From Bispira polyomma (lineage: Eukaryota), in NCBI GenBank assembly GCA_965649765.1, contig OZ287752.1, positions 35,402,001 to 35,466,000 on the forward strand: a stretch of DNA of 64,000 nucleotides, written 5' to 3'. The notes beneath the pieces are model-generated. The model was not told the origin of the DNA and did not search any database. It saw nothing but the letters and a program-made list of their open reading frames with translations. Numbering within the stretch: position 1 is the stretch's first letter; each line of letters starts with the position of its first letter. The position numbers and the translations under genes were made by a program. Shown in pieces: positions 1 through 12,615 of this stretch.

Positions 1-1069
1 CTATCTAGCACCGTTTCCAAGATAACAGACATTTTCCAAAAGACGCAGAAATTCAAGATGGCCTCCAAAATTAAAATTTTTTTTGAAAGTTTATAATAAC
101 CAAATACACCCTGTGGGTCAAAATTGAGCTCGAAATCGCTCTATCTAGCACCGTTTCCGAGATTATGGATGTTTATAAAAAAAAATGAATTTTCAAAATT
201 TTTGAAATTGAAATCGTTTTATATCAGTAACGATCGCATATTTTTGGATGGGTAAAAAATAGATAAAAATTCAGGCTATTCTTTAAAAGTTACGCGCTGC
301 ATGTACTGGTCTGAAATTAAAAATAAATCCTCACACGCTCTAAAAAGCACCCATCAACACTTTTTTTTCCCATTCTGTACGATCGACCCTGTCAATCAGT
401 CAATTATCACCAGATTGATCTAAAAATTTACGGACATCTATGCTTTGGTATTTGCAATGTGCAAGCCAAATTTCATTGAACTATGACAAGTACTTCAAAA
501 GAAAAGTTGATAAAAGTGCAAGATAGAGCAAAATGGAGCAAAATACTCATTTGAAGTACTCAGTACTCATTCAGTACTGGACTTAGAACTGTGAGATTTT
601 TACATCATACATAAAATCAAAAAGTAGATGAATAACTTATACCAAGAAAAAGCCGAAATCCCAATAGTTTCCGAGATAGCAAAAAAGTACCGATTTTTCG
701 CATTTCAAAAAAATTCGATCGGTTGGCAATCGGTCAATTATCATCTGATTGATCTCATCAGCGTCTTCCGTCCTGAAAATTGCCTTACCAAGGTACATAC
801 CAAATTTAATTGAGCTATGATAAATACTTTCTGAGAAAACCTAGTGAAAAGCACTTTTACACCCCTAGGGTCACCTGACATTTAAGTAGGCCAAAGTTCA
901 GAGCCAAAAATTTGAAAAAAATTTCCCACTCCTGGTTAAGAGAACTGCCAAAAATAATTTTGATGCAGATAATATTGAAGGAGATATTCAAGGAAGACCA
1001 TGCGGCGGCGGCGGCTAGGAAACCAGGGGTGAAACCAAATAAGCGCCTTTTTCAAGGGACGCTTAATTA
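1..1069 (-). mobile_element. Helentron-associated (HINE/DINE-1-like) non-autonomous element, partial copy running off the window start
   Basis: Reverse complement of about 11028-12110. It has the AAGCGTCCCT subterminal repeat (AGGGACGCTT on + near 1055-1064), a (GCG)n tract and ~140-bp internal subrepeats (ctatctagcaccgtttcc at 1 and 141). Confidence 0.8.
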
Positions 1070-1090
1070 TGAATTTTTAAACCTGAATTA

Positions 1091-1608
1091 CCGGTTCCGC
1101 TCTCCATCTCGCCTATGTTTGCGTAAACGCCTATCCCCAACTTTCCAAATATTATGGAAACGGCCAATTAATTTTGCAAAAAACGTATCATATAACAACA
1201 AATACCATAAAGAAACTATCAAAAATCGATGTTTTTATATGCAAAACTTTGTAAAACATACCAGTTTAAGGTAACTTGGTCATACAAACAGCCATCATTT
1301 GCGCTTCCTGTTTATACTAAGAATGGTGACGTTTTTTCACCTGGGAGCACCTGTAATTTCCGGTACACAGTTGGAGATAAAAACAACAAAATGGGCTGTT
1401 TTTCGCAAGAAATTATATGGTTTTGTTAATTTTTTTATTTCACAGATAAAATAGGTGATTTTGATGTACTTTATGTCATTTTATAGTGTTTATATGGATC
1501 GAAACGAAAAACAAGTTCGCGTAACGGCCCATTCTCGCAAACGCCCACCCCCAACTTCTTTGAATTTTCATCGTTTTCGCCCCTGGGCACTTCCGAGAGC
1601 GGAACCGG
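1091..1608. mobile_element. MITE, Tc1/mariner-like (TA target duplication)
   Basis: Perfect 14-bp TIRs CCGGTTCCGCTCTC (1091-1104) / GAGAGCGGAACCGG (1595-1608), flanked by TA on both sides; no coding capacity. Confidence 0.8.
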
Positions 1609-1788
1609 TATTGTGTCAAAAAGTACAGTGAAAAGATAAGCATATTGTAGTAATCTTACAGTAATTTAGAGCGATTTTTAAAAGAGAATTACACTCATCG
1701 AAAATATACATTCTAAATGTAAATTTATCAGTAAAACAAGCAATAACTGGAACATTGAATAATGAACTTTAAACCTGTGTACATTTAA

Positions 1789-2652
1789 ATGGGGGGTTCC
1801 ACATTCATGATTTAGTCCTCGACCTTCCCGACTTTGTGATCGATAACAGGAAAACTGGCAAAATATATAGGTCGGGGATGAAAACGGGGTGATCGGAAAG
1901 GTCGGAAAGAATATCAAAAAAGTTTGATATTTTGTAAAAGTGTCTCAACTTGTGTCCCCGACCTATAAAAACGAAAAGGTCGGCTTCGGCGAATAAGTTC
2001 GATCCTATTGGCGATACGTTCTGTCGGATAGGTCTTAATACCACTCTAGGCCTGTCCTAACGCTGGCCCGTTAAAAGGTATAGGTCAGGGGGCGAAAACG
2101 GGGTGGTCTGGAATGTCGGGAAGAATATAGACACATATTTTAAGTCTAGTTTATCATTTTGTTAGTCCCGGTAACGGAAATCAGTTTAAAAGTTGTTTAC
2201 CTTTGCGACATCAAACCCACTTCCGGTGCAGTTTATGTACGCGATCGATGAATTTATTTGCTGTTATTTACAACAAACTTTCATCAAAATGACGTTTAAG
2301 CAGGTATTATTTCTTTTATTTCATTTACAATAACCTCATTTTGTCATCTATATTATACCATACTAAGATTTTTTTATACGTTCGATCTTTATGGTCGGGG
2401 ATATGAATCTGTCAGATCGTACTGCTGATAAGTTCGATCCTAGGGTGATACGTCAGATCCTATCACCAGTAAAGTAAGATCGGGGTCGCGGGCCCGTCAA
2501 AATGAGGCGCAATCAGTTAGATTAGCAAGGTCGGGACACATTGTCATTTTCCCGCCCAAAAAGTGGATTTCACTGATTTTTTCGCCCCGACCTTCCAGAC
2601 TTTAAAATCGGGACCATTTTGCCAATCAAACTTGAATGTAGAACCCCCCCCC
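1789..2652. mobile_element. Non-autonomous DNA transposon with TTAA flanks (Kolobok-like)
   Basis: TIRs GGGGGGTTCCACATTCA (1791-1807) / TGAATGTAGAACCCCCC, 1 mismatch. TTAA at 1785-1788 and 2653-2656. Internal duplicated motifs (aggtc.gggg..gaaaacggggtg; ataagttcgatccta). The superfamily call is inference. Confidence 0.65.
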
Positions 2653-2880
2653 TTAAAATTAACATTGAATCATCATCATGCGAACTAATTATTATGCAGT
2701 TCAAACATTTAAGATCTCATCTTAAGTTTCCAATTTTAATTCAATCTCAAGTTTGGTTAGTTTTACTGGCCAATCTCAAGTTGGGCTAGCCCATCTTTAG
2801 ATTGGCCAAAACGGAAGTTGGGCTCCAGCATATATACTTCCAATCAATCCAAATATGTATGTGTCTAGTGGTTTCCTAGT

Positions 2881-2903
2881 TGTGTGTGTGTGTGTGTGTG
2901 TGT
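2881..2903. repeat. (TG)n microsatellite
   Basis: About 11 TG units, seen directly. Confidence 0.95.
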
Positions 2904-3814
2904 TCAAAGCTCTCCCTAATAAAATGAGAACAAGTGGTATCAGGACCAAGTGAATGTTACAGTCTGAAATTGGTTTACAAACCTGTCTCTTTGTGTGTTA
3001 AATGGCTGAAAAATGGCTGTTTCTCCTTCAATTCTGGTTGAATTAACACAAATTTACAAACGGTGCCTCTTTACAACCAACTTAAGATGCATGCCAAATA
3101 TGAAAACAGAGGTCCTTGTGAGTTCTGAGATTACGTTGTCCCAAAATTGTTGCTAGGCTGTTGCTAGGAGGAGCCATTATATCATATTAGGTAGGGGATT
3201 GTAGCGCCAGATTTTTACTCTATTTTTTCCTTGGGGGATGAGGGGGGGGGGGGGGGGGGGGCAGAGTGGATTTGGCAAGGGGCATGCTATATTTTCACCT
3301 CTGCTTGCCAAATTTTTACTTCCTAAATCATAATGGCTATATGGGCATAAGACAAACTAGTATAGATCAATAGCAGGTAACACTGTGGTGTGTGGGTTTT
3401 CATTTATATATGATGGCAAATTAATCTAGATAGTGACCCTATTATTATAATTTATTTAAGAGCTTTGAAAGTTATTGTAATGTAATTAGGTTGGTTAAAA
3501 CATTAACAAAAAACACTGTTTTTATTGAACTAAGAATATTGTTTTAAAATGATTTTTATCTTTCCCATTTCTGTACATACAAATCTCCATTTACAGGTAT
3601 GGTTACATTACCAATAACATAAATATATTTACATAGGAAATCCAAATTTTTAAAGAATAGAGGAGACAGGATATAGATATAAATATAGATATAAAACAGA
3701 CAGATTAAAGAGAGGCCTAATATAGATATAAATATAGATATAAAACACAATGTCAAGATAATCAAGTAATTGACCTATCTATTTACATATACAATACACA
3801 TACATAAATCTTTG

Positions 3815-4130
3815 AAGTTAACTAGATTACTAGATAATTGGCTTCTTATTGTGGTATACACCACAAAGCTGAATTGATCACTTAATGTGGCTTCTCATAC
3901 TGAAAGTCATCAGTACCTTGATTACTTGATTGTTGGATTAACTGGATTACTAGATGATCGAATATGGATCCTGATTGTGGTAAATACTACCACAACGCTG
4001 GCTTGATTACTTATTAACTGAGTGTGACTTCTCATAGTAAATGTCATCAGTACCTTGATTACTTGATTGCAAGTGGCTTTATATAATATAGGTAACCAGC
4101 ATTAAGCTTACTTGATTACTTCACTAAATG
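3815..4130. repeat. Degenerate tandem duplication, ~137-bp unit
   Basis: gtcatcagtaccttgattacttgattg at ~3906 and ~4043; ttaact.gattactagat is also repeated. Confidence 0.7.
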
Positions 4131-5384
4131 TGATTTATCATAATGTGGTAGGCAATTTTTTATGATAACTTCAGGAAATACCCTTCTGAAATTTTCTTGA
4201 TAGTGGCTTCTTACTTTTAAATAGTAATATTAGACACAGACTTCTCATGAAAACTGGACAACCTAAAGTGCATATAAAGAGGTGCTGTAAAAGTTAATTT
4301 CATTATATTTTATGTGTTGTTAGTTAATGAAAAAGTTGGATGAAGTGTTTTTTTTTTAATTTAAGTATCACTATTGGAATTGTTTATGCAAGAACTTTAA
4401 TTATACTTATAAAAAGACTTTAAAAAAAAGTTTATTGCATAATTGAATTTAGTGAATACACTGAGAATGATGGAAACTTATCCAGAAATGTCTAAACATC
4501 AGCAGTATTTTCACCCTGCTTCCGATGCAAGTCAAGGGTTGATGTACCCTCAACAACCATTATATAAAAACTCGCCTGCCTCTTATCAGTACCAGCCACA
4601 CCTCCCAAGCCTTCTTCAAGTCATCCCATGCCATATTAACAACCAGTAATTTTGCAATTATAAATATCACCCAAAATACCAATAACAGTCTCCCCACATA
4701 ATCTGTCAATAAATCCACATAATGTATTATCACTCTGATTGTAATTGAAGGAAGTCAGTGGTAATCAGTGTAATTGGATTAATCTTGATAAAAGCATCCA
4801 AGGGGGGGCAGTTTCTGGTAGGGGGGGTCAATATTTGGCAGGTTGGTTGCCATATTATCCCCCTCTTAATCCTCCTATTGTTGGGGGGTGCAAAATTTGT
4901 TTGCCAAATATCACCCCCCCCCCCCCAAAAAAAAAAAAAGAAAAAAAAAGAGGGGAGTAAAAATGTGGTAGGGGGTGATTTCACGGCATTACACCGGTAT
5001 TATGAATGCCCGTGTAAATTATAAGTGTAAACTCATTTCACCACTGTAAATTTAATTGTGCGAATCTTGCTAGGCGAAAGAATAAACTTCAAATAAAAAC
5101 TGAAGCTCAAGCCTCAACATACATGTCAGTAATATTGTAAGCTGTGTAGCAAAAATCTCTGCAAAGTTTAAATGATTTCTGCACACTAAAAAAATGAAAA
5201 AAATTGGAAAAAAGGAGTTTGTGGGAAACTTCACCAAACATATAACTCTAGTACTGTGATCAGTTTTAGGGCAAAAGTAAGGTTGACCAGTATCATACTG
5301 TGAATTATTTGCAAAAAGGGTGTAAAAGTAATAAATTTTTATCCTTTTATGCTCTAAATGACCTTGACGTAAAAATAAGCCTTA

Positions 5385-5802
5385 GTGAGCGTTTCCATGC
5401 AGGCAACTTTTTGAGGCGACCAGCGGACGGCAATTCTATTGGTTTCAGTAATTTATGACCAAGTGTTTCCATGTGAGCAACGCCGACGAGCGACGGGCAA
5501 TGCCAGGCGATTTTTTCGGTTCCAGAAGCGAAACAAATTGCCTGGCGCCGCACGTCACCATATAAACATTGCCGTATATATATAAATAACTAAGTAAAAA
5601 TTTAATGAAAATATAGTGAGAAAGCCTATTTTATCGAGTATATTGTGCTTTTTGTTGCATCAAAATCGGTTGAGAAATGGCTAAAATATTCAAGATTAAA
5701 TACAGGTATCAATTTTTCTCAAATAATTGTATAAAAACTTAAAAATTGCCACTTTGACGTCGGCTGGTCACCTCAGAAAGTTGCTTGCATGAAAACGCTC
5801 AC
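5385..5802. mobile_element. PIF/Harbinger (Tourist-like) MITE
   Basis: ~45-bp imperfect TIRs GTGAGCGTTTCCATGCAGGCAACTTTTTGAGGCGACCAGC... / ...GCTGGTCACCTCAGAAAGTTGCTTGCATGAAAACGCTCAC, with TTA duplicated on both sides (5382-5384, 5803-5805). Confidence 0.8.
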
Positions 5803-5986
5803 TTAAGGTCATATTTACATAGTCCTGACCTTCATCCACAACTACACCCTGACCCACATACCAACTAAGGATCAATGTTTTTTTAAAGTTAGAGCCAGGA
5901 CATCATTGCTATACAGCAAATATCGCTGCACCACATGGCTCAATCCAGAGCAATCTTTAACTTTCAACTGAGGATACAATGATATG

Positions 5987-6261
5987 CAGGGGCGTAGCTA
6001 TCATTAACGCCAGTACGCTCAGGACTACCAATTTAAAAAATAATCAATTTAAACTTCTTTTTATTCTGTTTGTTTTATTAGTAACATAGATTCTTGTTGT
6101 TCAATAAAATTTTATTTGCTACTCCCCAATTAAACCACAATATTATGTTAATACCCCCCCCCGCCCCCCCCCTCGAATTGAATTTTTTGTAGGACAAAAA
6201 AGAACCTGATACATTGGTTTAATTTGGGAGTACCAAATGAAAAATCCTGGCTTCTCCCCTG
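5987..6261. mobile_element. Short MITE with CAGGGG termini
   Basis: CAGGGGCGTAGC ... GCTTCTCCCCTG, with ATATG on both flanks (possible 5-bp TSD). Confidence 0.55.
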
Positions 6262-6745
6262 ATATGCTTAACAGCTTTAAGTTTGTATGTGATTTTAATT
6301 AAAGAGAAAGATTCAATATAAGTCAAAACATGACCATAAATTGTAAGTACATCTAAAGATGGTAATTTTACTAATTTAACTATGCGGACATGGATACAGG
6401 TAAAAATGCGGCAATAATTTGCGGATACAGATAACAGATATGAGCATGGTTAGATGCAAGACAGGTCTACTTAACTTTATTCTATTTCTGGGCTAAACAT
6501 GCAGCGGCATGGAAGAACCTTGTTGGGAAATACATTAAATTTTGTGGACTCAACTCATACCAACAGGCCAAGGGTTGTGCATTCCAGTTTAATATCTGGG
6601 TTTTAACTAAAAATTACAAATAATAAGTTTGTTGGAACAAAAACCTGAATTTTTTTTGTTACAGAAGCAACACTATACGAGGACATTGTACCCCGTTTAT
6701 CGCCTGTGTGGAAAAAAATAATACTAAGTATTATATATTCTGTAC

Positions 6746-6830
6746 ATTTATGAACACGACTTTTCTGTTCCTGTGTTCGTTCTTCAGATTCAATTATCTG
6801 GTTGAAAAGGTCCTGTAGTCCGGCAGCCAT
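6746..6830 (-). CDS. Probable first coding exon of a CCDC172-like coiled-coil protein; remaining exons not found and probably left of the window
   Basis: MAAGLQDLFNQIIESEERTQEQKSRVHK resembles the CCDC172 N-terminus as I recall it ([22 protein letters not shown]). Candidate phase-1 GT donor at 6745. A GCGC-rich promoter-like patch lies just upstream (6860-6900). Confidence 0.5.
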
Positions 6831-8779
6831 ATATTTCTACTTAACAGACTACCTTTAACAGCGCACACGCATGTGCTCACATCGCGCACAGAAAGCCCGC
6901 GAAACAAAGGAAACAAACGAGGTGCATGGTAAAGTTAAAAATGTAATGAAGTTTATACTTACCGGTTATAAGTATGAGAATATCAATATATATTCCGGAA
7001 GAAGATAAAAAGTATGAAGAGGTTGAGTAATGTTATAATAGATTGATAAAATATTGCATCATATCATTGTTGCTTGTTAGTAGACAACCTTTAATGGTCC
7101 AAACTTTGTTCATAAACAACTACATTTGAAATAAACGTGAACTTTTTTATGATGCTTACAACAACATATGCAAATGATACAATATTAAGAAAATAATACA
7201 ATGCAAGGTAAAGGTATATATGATATATTAATTGTCTTAAATACAGTTGAAACAGTTAACATAATCTTGCCTCAACTATATGATCTTAAAAATTCTCCTT
7301 GATAAATAAAAAAATTATAATCGAATTTTGCTTGTAAATTATGAGTCTTATACCATAATGGCTTCCCTTTTGCAATTCCTCCTGAGTGAAGACCGAAAGT
7401 AAAGCAAGGTACACCAACACTAGCCATATTAATTCATTTAAATAAATCATCTTATGATTAGTGTACCTGAATTTTACAGGAAAATATATACCAGAGTCTA
7501 GCCGATAACAAATGCTTTCCAACAGCTGAAAATAAGTGAACAGAAAACTATCTCTTCTCAGAATCTATCACTTAGTCTGTTGCTCACAGACTAACTTCTC
7601 TTTTTTAACCAATAAACTTAAAATTACATTGTCTTCATTATAGCATAACACAAAGAACATGTATATTAATTGCAACTATAACATATATATAGTTATGAAA
7701 TATAGCAGCAAATCCTCTGTGCCCGATTAAACATAATATACTAAAGCAACTGTTAAAACGCTGCAACACATAGTATTTTTATAATATTTTTTGGACAGCA
7801 ACAATTGCAACTTGTGGGGAATTTTACCACTGCTTTACAATTACTTATAATTAGTAATTTTTTAGATTACGCAAGATTGGTGGCTTTGTGATGATCATTT
7901 TTCATCCTTAAGATTTTGTTGCTTATTTTGGTGTGACGTAATTTCTTAATTATATTATAAGCTATTGCTGTATCTGAAAGATCCAGTTAAAGCATCTTAT
8001 TTCTTTTGACAACTGTATCTGTGGCATCTGTAGTTCTGGGGGTAACTGATCCAAACATTGTTTTCAGTTAATAATTGTTCTTTTACACAATGTTACTTTT
8101 AAATTCTAATAAATTTTATTATTTCAAGTAATTTTCAGTTTAACATTAAATTGTGTTTGATTTGTACTAGTGTGTAAAAAGGGTAACAGCAAAATTATTT
8201 TACTACCCGATACCAGGTTTGAATGAATTTGAAATGGAATGGCAAATATTGCATCTCCCATATATAACCACCATATGAGCATTTAATAAATAAACTCCAA
8301 TGTAAAAACTTGCATTTTTAACAATTTTTGATATTAAAACAATATATTTACAAGCATTTTATTGAAATCCTTTGTGAAACCTATCACAAAGTTCACCAGG
8401 AGAGCTTTCTGGTGGTACAAAAACGAACGTTTTAGGTAAAGTATTTATATATAGTTGGTGCACTGTATATCAAGCATATAAGCAAGTGCATAGTAACTGA
8501 CAAAAGTTAATAGTACTTAACAAAAATATATCTATTTTAATATACAAAATTACAAATTAGTTTATATTGTTCTTAATTAATTATACCAGAAAATATTTCT
8601 ATTTTTTACCAAAATGCTCCTCGATAACCTATCCACTGATTATACATATAGTCATAGCCAATTTCATTACCCCTATTCCAACTTCTGAAAGCATCGCACC
8701 CAAGTACACCCATCGCACCACCAGATCACCCATCGCACATCCATCAAACCCGATTTCTTGCGTTTAGTACCAACCTTCT

Positions 8780-8964
8780 GGGATTTCCCCTTGACTGGTT
8801 TCGAAAACGAAAGTTTTTTTGGGTGCTTTCACCAATATTTTTGCTACCAGCATATCTGTTTGTAAACATTACCAAAGTTGTGACTCACGCTCTTGCAAAA
8901 AAATGTAATCATCGCTAAATATAGACATTACACTTTGTAGTCAAGGGGCTGTAGACGTGACTCA
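8780..8964 (+). promoter_or_regulatory. Proximal promoter motif cluster of the RING gene: NF-kB-like, IRF-like and two AP-1 sites
   Basis: GGGATTTCCC (8780-8789), GAAAACGAAAGT (8803-8814), TGACTCA (8881-8887 and 8958-8964), all within 290 bp of the ATG at 9067. Confidence 0.5.
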
Positions 8965-9066
8965 AATACTGCGGTAGAAATTAATGTTTAGATCAGCAAT
9001 TTATATATTTAAAAGCAGTATATATATAGTAGTAGTCACTATATAAAGAAAAATCCAGTAGAAAAT

Positions 9067-9317
9067 ATGGCAGAGGCTGTTTCGTCAAGTTCTTCAAGAT
9101 CGGAGACACCACCACCCACTGAAAGAAATATTGCTCAGGAAGGACACAACAAAATGTCTGACATGGAGCCAACAGCCGAGGATTTAAGTAGACAACAAAC
9201 GAAGATGGCAGAATTAGAACACGATGGAACTCGGGATACTGCAGCATGTAGCTCTTCATCCACTGGGGCTACCGCTTTTGAAGGAGCATTAGATAAACTG
9301 CTGGAGAAACAACGGAA
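9067..9317 (+). CDS. RING E3 ligase gene, coding exon 1
   Basis: ATG at 9067, MAEAVSSSS...LDKLLEKQR; donor AA|GTAAGT (phase 2) joins in frame to exon 2. Confidence 0.85.
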
Positions 9318-10023
9318 GTAAGTGTGCAAAAGTATTCTATATGTGTAAAATTACGATTTTCATAATTATTTAATTGAAAAAAAAACCCCCCAAAACAGTT
9401 GTTTCAAATATGTAAAACAGCAATTTTTATTGGTAGAAAATAACAATATTGTTAGTATAATTAAACAAGAGCAATATAAACCGATTGGTGTATTAAAATA
9501 AATATTTTTTTCGTAAGGTACTATTATTTTTAGTCGGTAATTAATGTGTGATTGCTTACATCCTCGATATACGTAGCAGTAAGATACGACCGTCTGACTT
9601 TTTAGCAGGGATCGCTAGCAATAGTGCACGGATACGCGATTTTTACTACACCGTCCTATCCTAGGGCAATGATATACAGTGCACCACCTATAATAATAAT
9701 CTTTATATATAGTCATGGGTAAGTAATCCAATCATATCCCAATGGAAGTAAACAACCCGGTATATATTCCCTCATGCACGACATGAGAAAGTTCAGTTTC
9801 TTACATGAAACAAGAGAGGCTTTCTCTTTAGCATAACTTGTATAAAAATCTGCCATTGTTAATAAAAGATCAAGTAGAACGTGTTTTTTCTGAGCTAGTG
9901 TTTGTTTCAATAATAGAAAGAGGCATTTTAGTCCAAACAAGTAGTGAAGTCAACAGTTAATAGAGGTATGTGCTACACCATATCTATATGAACTACAAAA
10001 TACACAACTGTATTTTCAAATAG

Positions 10024-10614
10024 TGAGTTGATGTATGAGCTGAGACGTATCCAGCATGGTGACAGGCCAGTGACAGGTCAAGGAAACAAGGAAGCTGTAG
10101 AGCAGTTCTTTACACGAGCATTAAACAGTGATACAGACGACAGAACAGAGGATCCTGAACGAAACCGACCCGATAATGTGATCGTAGAAGTAAACGCTTT
10201 GGTAGAACGAAGGCCTGTGTCCTCCCTCCTGCACAGCACTGGATTTAGGAGGTCCTTAGAGAATGCTCTAAGAGGGGCCATAGGAGGGGGATCATTAAGG
10301 CGGACTACTAGGGCACCACAGAGGTCTGATTCCCCTGCAATACCTGTGCCTGTTGCACCTTCTGTGCCGGCATCTGGTGAGGCACAGGTGAATGAGGTAG
10401 TAAGGCAGAGGCATACTGTAGCCACATCAGAACAGCATGTTCAAAGTACACAGGGGCGCAGTATCCCACAGCCACAGGAACAACAGGGTAGAGTACAAAA
10501 TGTCCAAGTGTCCAGGTCAGTGGACAGTAGTAATCCAGAACTGCCCAATGAGAGTCAGTCATCTGGGTCTCCAGCTCAGGCATGGCTGCAGCAATTGCAA
10601 CAGCAGCAACAAAG
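10024..10614 (+). CDS. RING E3 ligase gene, coding exon 2
   Basis: Acceptor tattttcaaatag; reads (N)ELMYELRRIQHGDRPV...VEVNALVERRPVSSLLHSTGFRRSLE...QQQQQ; donor AG|GTAAGT (phase 2). Confidence 0.9.
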
Positions 10615-11027
10615 GTAAGTGTATGAAATGTTGGCGGATTTTTTGTTAAATGTCTCTCATGATTGGAGATCGAGTTGGTCTAGTAGTGATTACATGTACC
10701 AAGTTCAGTTCCAGGCACTTGCACAATGGCTCATCAGCATCCCATTTCCTTTCTCATGATGACAAATTCTAATTAAGTTGTAGGAGTATTTTTGATGCTA
10801 TATATAAATGCTGCTAATAAATAATAAATTATTTACAAAACCAGAAATTGTGTATTACCTTTTAGGCATGTATATTGTTAAATATGGTATTTATTTCATG
10901 ACAAGGTTAAAAAGTAGTGGTAAAAGGGCAAGTTTAAATGGGACATTCCTTTACATTATTTTGTTATGAGATATTTTATGTATGATATAGATACAAGATT
11001 CATGGTTCAAAACTTTAGTTATTGTAC

Positions 11028-12393
11028 TAATTAAGCGTCCCTTGAAAAGGGCGCTTATTTGGTTTCACCCCTGGTTTCCTCGCTGCCGCCGCCGCGGCCT
11101 GTGCCGCCGCCGTCGCATGGTCTTCCTTGAATATCTCCTTCAATATTATCTGCATCAAAATTATTTTTGGCAGTTCTCTTAACCAGGAGTGGGAAATTTT
11201 TTTCATATTCTTGGCTTTGAACTTTGGCCTACTTAAATGTCAGGTGACCCTGGGGGTGTAAAAGTGCTTGTCACTAGGTTTTCTCAAAAAGTATTCATCA
11301 TAGCTTAATGAAATTTGGTATGTACCTTGGTAAGGCAATTTTCAGGACGGGAGACGCTGAGATTAATCGGATGATAATTGACCGATTGCCAACCGATTGA
11401 TTTTTATTGAAATGCGAAAAATCGGTACTTTTTGGCTATCTCGGAAACTATTGGGATTTTGGCTTTTTCTTGGTATAAGTTATTCATCTACTTTTTGATT
11501 TTATGTATGATGTAAAAATCTCACAGTTCTAAGTCCAGTACTCAATGAGTACTGAGTACTTCAAATGAGTATTTTGCTCTATCTTGCACTTTTATCAACT
11601 TTTCTTTTGAAGTACTTGTCATAGTTCAATGAAATTTGGCATGCACATTGCAAATACCAAAGCATAGATGGCCGTAAATTTTTAGATTAATCTGGTGATA
11701 TTTGACTGATTGACCGGGTCGATCAATCATACAAAATGGGGAAAAAAATGTGTTGATGGGTGGTTTTTTGAGCGTGTGAGGATTTTTTTTATTTTTAATT
11801 TTAGACCAGTACATGCAGCGCGTAACTTTTAAAGAATAACCTGAATGTTTATTTATTTTTTACCCCATCCAAAAATATGCGATCGTTACTGATATAAAAC
11901 GATTTTAATTTCAAATATTAAGGTTTTTTTTTTAAATGTCCATTATCTCTGAAATGGTGCTAGATAGAGTGATTTCGAGCTCATTTTCGACCCACAGGGT
12001 TGATTTTGCTTATATGTGAAGTTTTAAAAAATTTTCAATTTTGGCGGCCATCTTGAATTTCTGCGTCTTTTTCGAAAACGTTTGTTATCTCGGAAACGGT
12101 GCTAGATAGAGCGATTTCGAGCTCCTTTTCGACTCATAGGGCTGATTTTCCTTTTGTGTAAATTTTTGAAGTAATTTTTGATTTGGGCAACCATCTTCAA
12201 TTTCTGCGTCTTTTTAGAAAACGTCTGTTATCTCGGAAATGGTGATCCTTTTCGAGCTTATATTGACCAAAAGTGCTGATTCTGCTTATATGTCAACTTT
12301 TAAACAATATCAAACCTTGTACACTAAACAATTTCATTATTATTTCAACTTTAGGGACGCTTCGTTTTTGTTATCAAAAACCGTTTTCTAGTT
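11028..12393 (+). mobile_element. Apparently complete Helentron-associated (HINE-like) element in intron 2
   Basis: 5' subTIR AAGCGTCCCT (11033-11042) with an adjacent inverted copy and a (GCC)n tract. ~142-bp tandem subrepeats start at 11943, 12085 and 12228. 3' subTIR AGGGACGCTT (12353-12362), hairpin GTTTTTG-TTAT-CAAAAAC (12364-12381), terminal CTAGTT. Confidence 0.8.
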
Positions 12394-12467
12394 AACTGTT
12401 TCATGTATCACCAGTTTAGTGGTGTAATGTTTGTAACTTAGTGTTGATTTTTTTTTTTTTTTTTCAG

Positions 12468-12615
12468 CCATACTGGTCAAGAAAATGTGTGGGATCAGAT
12501 AGAGGAGGTACACAGGGAGGAGCTTATTATGGAGATTAGTGAATTGGTACAGCGACAGCTGGTGACAGACACTCTACACGGAAACTTCAGGAATGTACTG
12601 GAAAGGAGGATGAAT
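12468..12615 (+). CDS. RING E3 ligase gene, coding exon 3
   Basis: Long poly-T/CAG acceptor; (S)HTGQENVWDQIEEVHREELIMEISELVQRQLVTDTLHGNFRNVLERRMN; donor GTAAGT (phase 0). Confidence 0.9.

Noticed and set aside
9040-9048. TATA box immediately before the RING gene ATG
   Set aside because: Only ~20 bp from the ATG, so the implied TSS would fall at or past the start codon. The AT-rich run near 9001-9015 is a better but unproven candidate.
10078-10649. Overlapping alternative-frame and antisense ORFs
   Set aside because: Shadows of RING gene exon 2.
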